64,000 nucleotides of DNA from assembly GCA_963827235.1 (NCBI GenBank), contig CAWHAE010000016.1, positions 96,001 to 160,000 of the forward strand, given 5' to 3'. The notes beneath the pieces are model-generated. The model ran no database searches. It saw only the letters and a program-made list of their open reading frames with translations, and was not told the DNA's origin. How positions within the stretch are numbered: the stretch's first letter is position 1; each line of letters opens with the position of its first letter. The position numbers and the translations under genes were made by a program. This stretch comes from an uncultured bacterium. Its GTDB lineage: Bacteria; Chloroflexota; UBA5177; JANWHV01. This document shows positions 59,301-64,000 of this stretch, piece after piece.

Positions 59301-60567
59301 TGCTCAGTAGCTCCTCCGCGGTACACGGACCGATAGCGGCGAGGGTGAATTGCGACGAGATCTGGAGCCGACGGGCAACGGCGGCAATTTGGTCCACGGT
59401 CACGGCGTCGATCAGATCGCGAATCTCATCCAGTGTGCGCACCCGACCCTCGTACCAGAGTGAGGACCCGATAGCGTTTCTGCGAACACGTGTGTTCTCA
59501 CCCGCCATAATGACCCGGCTCTTGAGCACGATCTTGGCTCGCTCCAGCTCGTCATCTCGCACACCGGACTCTTCGAGCTTCCGGAGCTCAGCCAGCGTGA
59601 CCTGTACGGTCTCATGCGCCTTTTGCGGCACCGTGCCGGCGTATATCCTGATCATTCCCGCGTCGCGGAGTGAGAGCGGGTAGGCGCCAACGCCGTACGC
59701 CAGGCCACGCTTCTCCCGCACCTCCGTGAACAAGCGAGAATTCATGGAGCCCCCGAGGATCGTCGAGAGCAGCGCGGTAGCATAGTAGTCGGTGTGCCCG
59801 ACCGGTACGCCCTGCACGCCGATGCCAATATGCTGCTGATTGCTTTCGCGCCCGAGCACGGCAGTGCGAGGCACATAGGTCGGCACCGAGGGAAGCGGCC
59901 GGATATCGCCCGAGGACCAGTCCCCACATGCGGCATCCACTGCCTGCACCAGGCGGGAGAACTCCAGCTTGCCCGCCGCAGCGAAGATCGTGTTGTTAGG
60001 GTGGTGCGAGGACTGCCAACGGGCTCTCAGATTCTGGACCGAAATGGACTTCACGGCGGACGCATTGCCCAGCACGCTGTTCCCGTATGGGTGCCCGTGG
60101 AAGAACTCGCGCTGCAACACGTCCAGCACCTTCTGCATCGGCTCGTCCTCGAGGCCAGCGAGCTCCTGAAGCTGTCTGTCGCGAACCTTCTCCGTCTCAC
60201 CGGGATCGAAGAGAGGATAGCGAGCAACTTCGACCAGCAGAGGTACTATGCTCTCCAGGTCGCGCCCCAATGCAAGTGCCGTATACCAAAACAGCTCGGT
60301 GCCGGCGGAGGCATCATACCGTGCCCCAAGGTCCTCAAAGGCTTCGGTGAGATCACGCACGCTTCGGCGCGTGGTTCCTTGAAAGGCCAGACCGTCGATG
60401 AAGTGCGTTATGCCCTCCATGCCGGGCTGCTCATCGCGCGATCCCGTCGCCACGCACAGGCCGATAGCCAGCGACTCCACGCCCCCCATGGGCTGAGCCA
60501 CGATGCGCAGTCCGTTTTCGAGGACATGTGAGGGAAACGGATCGTTCGCCGTTTGGGCTATCGTCAT
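59290..60567 (-). CDS. M16B peptidase, non-catalytic subunit
   Basis: HFIDG replaces HxxEH; SRLFTEVREKRGLAY retained. Confidence 0.88.
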   Translation of the reverse strand: MTIAQTANDPFPSHVLENGLRIVAQPMGGVESLAIGLCVATGSRDEQPGMEGITHFIDGLAFQGTTRRSVRDLTEAFEDLGARYDASAGTELFWYTALALGRDLESIVPLLVEVARYPLFDPGETEKVRDRQLQELAGLEDEPMQKVLDVLQREFFHGHPYGNSVLGNASAVKSISVQNLRARWQSSHHPNNTIFAAAGKLEFSRLVQAVDAACGDWSSGDIRPLPSVPTYVPRTAVLGRESNQQHIGIGVQGVPVGHTDYYATALLSTILGGSMNSRLFTEVREKRGLAYGVGAYPLSLRDAGMIRIYAGTVPQKAHETVQVTLAELRKLEESGVRDDELERAKIVLKSRVIMAGENTRVRRNAIGSSLWYEGRVRTLDEIRDLIDAVTVDQIAAVARRLQISSQFTLAAIGPCTAEELLSNVN

Positions 60568-61042
60568 GCGCACTCCTTCGCGGCCGAACTCCACAAGCAG
60601 CCGCCGAGAAACCGCCAATACCCAGGTCGTATACTGCGCCCGCCGCCGCGCTGGCTGGCAGGTAACGTTGGTCGAGATCTATCGACATTCGCCGCGATAC
60701 GCACTCCTTATTAGTCTACAGAACCGCCAGACGTGAGGACAAAGAAGGCGGCGATAGCACTGCCACCGGCTTGCCGCGCACCTCAGGCTGAAGATCTAAC
60801 CAGGAAAGACCGGGGAGAACGACTGCACGAACTGAGAGGTGCTTCACTGCCGGCCGAGCCAAGTGATGGCTCCAGCCCCGGCCAGCTCTGTATTCCGGGC
60901 AGGAAACGCGGCCCGGTCCGCCGTTCGGCAACGACCCGTATGACTCGCGCTATTGGTTACTAATGGATGTATACAAGTGCTCCCGGTGTGATATTCTGCG
61001 GAGGGGAGCGGTGGCCCACGTAATGCGACTGGGTAACGAGCC

Positions 61043-61498
61043 ATGCAGGACTTGCAGGCGAGGCTGAGCAGCGACCTCAAAGACGCCATGCGGGCGCGCG
61101 ACGAGCTCCGTCGCGAAACCATTCGCTATCTGAACGCCGGGCTGAAGAACGCCAAGATTGCGGCGATGCGCGATTTGACCGACGATGAGGCCGAGGATGT
61201 TCTGATCAGTCAGATCAAGCAGCGAAGGGATTCCATCGAGCAGTTCCGGGCCGCCGGACGGATCGATCTGGTCACCAAGGAAGAAGCTGAGCTGGCGATA
61301 TTAGTCTCGTACTTACCTGCTCCGCCGTCCGACGAAGAGGTAGTTGCCGCCATCCACGAAGCGATCCGGAGTACTGGCGCGACTGGAGTGCAAGACATGG
61401 GCAGAGTTGTGCGTGCGGTGATGGATCGCTATCCCGGGCGCGTCGACGGCAAGCTGGTGGCCGCTCGAGTTCGCGAAGCCCTGACTTCGCGGAACTGA
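61043..61498 (+). CDS. GatB/YqeY domain protein
   Basis: DLKDAMRARD, KQRRDSIEQF..AGR.DL, YLP, DMGRV. Confidence 0.93.
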   Translation: MQDLQARLSSDLKDAMRARDELRRETIRYLNAGLKNAKIAAMRDLTDDEAEDVLISQIKQRRDSIEQFRAAGRIDLVTKEEAELAILVSYLPAPPSDEEVVAAIHEAIRSTGATGVQDMGRVVRAVMDRYPGRVDGKLVAARVREALTSRN

Positions 61499-61506
61499 GA
61501 ACGGCA

Positions 61507-63654
61507 ATGAAATGGCTGGGCCATTTGGCCAGGCCGATTCTGCGACCGAGGACGGTCTCGGGGCGCGCCGTTCCGCATCGCCGAGCGAAAGTCCCGACAG
61601 TGCCCTCGGTATCTCATGCTGTGCGCGCGGTGCTGCTGGCCGTCGTGCTTGCACTCTGCACCGCGGCGGCTCTGTGCGTTCCTACTGCCCTGACGCGCTC
61701 CAGCATCCATGAAGGCGACACCGCGCAGACCACGATCCTTGCGCCGCGCGACATTTCATTCATCGATGTGCGAGCTACGAACGTGCTCAGACAGCAGGTC
61801 GCCAGATCCGTGCCGCCGGTGTACACGGCCAGCGCCGCTGGCCAACTCCAGGCAAGGACTTTGCTCGGTGCGCTTCTCGATACCGCCTCCGGCATGCAGT
61901 TCGAACATCTTGGCACGAGCAATCTGGCCATGCGTATCACGACGCTTGTCCGCATCTCGCAGGACTCGATTTCCTCGTCGCTAGCCGGACAGGTACTCAA
62001 GCTTTCGCCCCGCCAACTCTCATACGTCAAGCAGATCGTGGATGCCGCGCTCGTCAGGGCCAGCGGCACGGTAATACGTCCGGCCGACTTGCCGGAAGCG
62101 CGCCAGCATCCGGCATTCCCCGAGGCGCAGCAACCGGGCTTGGTGGGTACCGTTGCCACTCAGCTCTTTGCAGACTTCCTGCGACCCAACCGCGTAGTGG
62201 ATTCCGCCGCTTCTTCTCGCGCGCAACAGATGGCCGCCAGTACAATCAGTCCTGTCCACCTTCTGTTTCGCAAGAACCAGGCGATAGTACGTGCCAACGA
62301 CCAGATAACGCCTGACGCCTACACCGCGTTGCAGCTCGGCGGTCTCACCGAGCCGGGGCTGACGTGGCAGGATCTGGCTGCCAATCTGCTAATCGCGAGC
62401 ATCGCAGCCGGCCTTCTGCACGGGTACTTGATCAGTATCAAGCACCCCATCCTGGTGCGGCCGCGGCGACTCCTCTTGCTCGACGCCGTGTTCCTGGCCA
62501 CCACCGCTGCCGCCGCGATGCTGCTACAGGGTCACGGCTTGGTGCCGTACGTATTCCCGGCAGCGCTGCTCGGCATGCTGATCACCGCCCTGCTGAGTGC
62601 CGAGGTGAGCATCGTTGCTACCACGCTATGGGCCATGCTCGCCGGGTGGTACATGGGTAGCTCACTGGAGATCGCCGCCTACTTCCTCACCACGGGGCTG
62701 ACGGGAGCCTTGTTGGTGCGAGACGTGCGTCGTTCCAGCGAGTTCTTTCTTGCGGCCTTCTGGACGTCGGTAGTTGGCCTGGTCACGATCATAGCGTTCA
62801 AGCTGCTCAGTCACGGCTACGACTGGCTGGGACTCGGCACCTATACCGCCGCCGTGTTGGTGAGCGCGGCGCTCGCCGCCGCACTGACCTTGGGCAGCCT
62901 CTCCGCTCTTGGCCGGCTGTTCGGCGTAACTACGGGCATCAATCTCCTCGAGATCAGCCACCCCAATCACCCACTGTTGCGCCGCCTGATGCAGGAGGCT
63001 CCGGGCACGTTCCACCACAGTATGATGATCGGTACGCTGGCCGAGCGAGCGGCGGAGCAGATAGGCGCGGATCCGTTGCTCGTGCGCATAGCGGCATACT
63101 TCCACGACATCGGCAAGCTGTCCAGACCCTCGGTATTCGCCGAGAATCAGATAGGTATCGCCAACGTGCACGAATCGATCGAGCCGCGTGTGAGCGTCGA
63201 CCTGATCATGCAGCACGTGTACGAGGGCGTGCGTCTGGCCCGGCAGTACCACCTGCCGGAGGTCCTTGAAGACGGTATCTGGCAGCATCACGGCACGACG
63301 CTGGTAAGCTTCTTCTACCAGCAGGCAGTCGCGATGTATGGTCAGGAGACGGTGCCGATCGAAGAATACCGCTATCCCGGCCCCAAGCCGCAATCGCGCG
63401 AGATGGCCATTCTTATGCTGGCCGACGTGGTGGAGGCGGCGGTGCGCGCGTCGCCCGGTGTCGACGGTAACCAGATGCGCGCCATTATCCATCGCCTCGG
63501 TCAGGAGAGGCTGCAAGACGGGCAGTTCGACGAGTGCAACCTGACCCTGCGCGATCTCGCGGTGATCGAGGAGAGCTTCGCCACCGTGTTGCAGGGACTC
63601 TCGCACCCGCGCGTGCAGTATCCGGCGCCGGTCGCCGCCGTGTCGAATGGCTAG
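61507..63654 (+). CDS. 7TM-HD phosphohydrolase (PgpH/YqfF-like, putative c-di-AMP phosphodiesterase)
   Basis: Extracellular domain plus multiple TM helices; EAPGTFHHS, YFHDIGK, QHHGT, RYPGPKP, LAD. Confidence 0.9.
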   Translation: MKWLGHLARPILRPRTVSGRAVPHRRAKVPTVPSVSHAVRAVLLAVVLALCTAAALCVPTALTRSSIHEGDTAQTTILAPRDISFIDVRATNVLRQQVARSVPPVYTASAAGQLQARTLLGALLDTASGMQFEHLGTSNLAMRITTLVRISQDSISSSLAGQVLKLSPRQLSYVKQIVDAALVRASGTVIRPADLPEARQHPAFPEAQQPGLVGTVATQLFADFLRPNRVVDSAASSRAQQMAASTISPVHLLFRKNQAIVRANDQITPDAYTALQLGGLTEPGLTWQDLAANLLIASIAAGLLHGYLISIKHPILVRPRRLLLLDAVFLATTAAAAMLLQGHGLVPYVFPAALLGMLITALLSAEVSIVATTLWAMLAGWYMGSSLEIAAYFLTTGLTGALLVRDVRRSSEFFLAAFWTSVVGLVTIIAFKLLSHGYDWLGLGTYTAAVLVSAALAAALTLGSLSALGRLFGVTTGINLLEISHPNHPLLRRLMQEAPGTFHHSMMIGTLAERAAEQIGADPLLVRIAAYFHDIGKLSRPSVFAENQIGIANVHESIEPRVSVDLIMQHVYEGVRLARQYHLPEVLEDGIWQHHGTTLVSFFYQQAVAMYGQETVPIEEYRYPGPKPQSREMAILMLADVVEAAVRASPGVDGNQMRAIIHRLGQERLQDGQFDECNLTLRDLAVIEESFATVLQGLSHPRVQYPAPVAAVSNG

Positions 63655-64000
63655 TCCCGGCGACATCGCCTCCGTTGACGGGGGAAGCCCGGTTCCGGGG
63701 CACACCGTGCTGGTGTCGGGACCGGCGGCGGCGCAGGAGTGGACTGCCGAGGCCGAGCGCATCATCCCCCCGGCAGCAGCCCACCTTTCTCATATGGGCT
63801 TGGCCCCTGCCTCGTGCGAGATAAGCGTCACGCTGGTTGACCTGGACGAGATCCGCGATCTCAACCACCGCTATCGCGGCATCGATGCGCCAACCGACGT
63901 ACTGTCGTTCCCGCAGCTCGAAGCCGGCAGCACTGTTCCCATAACCTGGCCCGCGGACGTGGCGTTCCCGATCGGCGACATCGTCATCTGTGTGCCGCGA
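63647..64000 (+). CDS. ybeY: rRNA maturation endoribonuclease YbeY (partial, runs off the window)
   Basis: IRDLNHRYRGIDAPTDVLSFP…GDIVIC in frame from ATG 63647; absent from the ORF track. Confidence 0.92.
   Translation, partial: MASPGDIASVDGGSPVPGHTVLVSGPAAAQEWTAEAERIIPPAAAHLSHMGLAPASCEISVTLVDLDEIRDLNHRYRGIDAPTDVLSFPQLEAGSTVPITWPADVAFPIGDIVICVPR

Noticed and set aside
60568-61042. rpsU or 6S RNA in the gap before the YqeY gene
   Set aside because: No S21-like frame; only partial pairing (GCACCTCAG/CTGAGAGGTGC), insufficient for a 6S call.
1-64000. CRISPR array, rRNA, transposase, prophage or defence system
   Set aside because: No regularly spaced repeats or diagnostic protein motifs found; Mut7-C and MazG appear in ordinary contexts.

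Overview
High-GC bacterial chromosome segment. It is probably Chloroflexota-like (inference from DnaK carrying the Hsp70 insert, a CIRCE-controlled hrcA-grpE-dnaK-dnaJ-prmA-rsmE operon, PP2C/FHA signalling and MurE with an EDPR motif). The left half (~1-31.9 kb) is accessory. It holds two paralogous, convergent sugar ABC transporters with Tat-signal binding proteins, kdgK and two KDPG-type aldolases, all bracketed by the separated corrinoid and homocysteine-binding modules of a split methionine synthase. Next come two PAS-GGDEF cyclases (one fused to an excisionase-like HTH), a sugar-acid-type SDR, a LacI-sensor/PAS histidine kinase and a large secreted clan-D-like glycoside hydrolase with a recently duplicated 512-bp lectin-like domain. 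A tRNA-Lys(TTT) marks the switch to a housekeeping half: aminotransferase, xerD, mutS, FHA/PP2C, heat-shock operon, mazG, lipid kinase, murE, TPR-rhomboid, MshA-like glycosyltransferase with a PIG-L deacetylase, tsaDBE/rimI, an M16 peptidase pair, YqeY, a 7TM-HD hydrolase and partial ybeY. Two gene remnants (MCP, phosphoesterase) and three apparent single-base insertions (AKR, eda, tRNA 3' end; possibly assembly errors) are visible. I found no CRISPR array, rRNA, transposase or phage genes. All calls come from reading motifs by eye; no database search was run.
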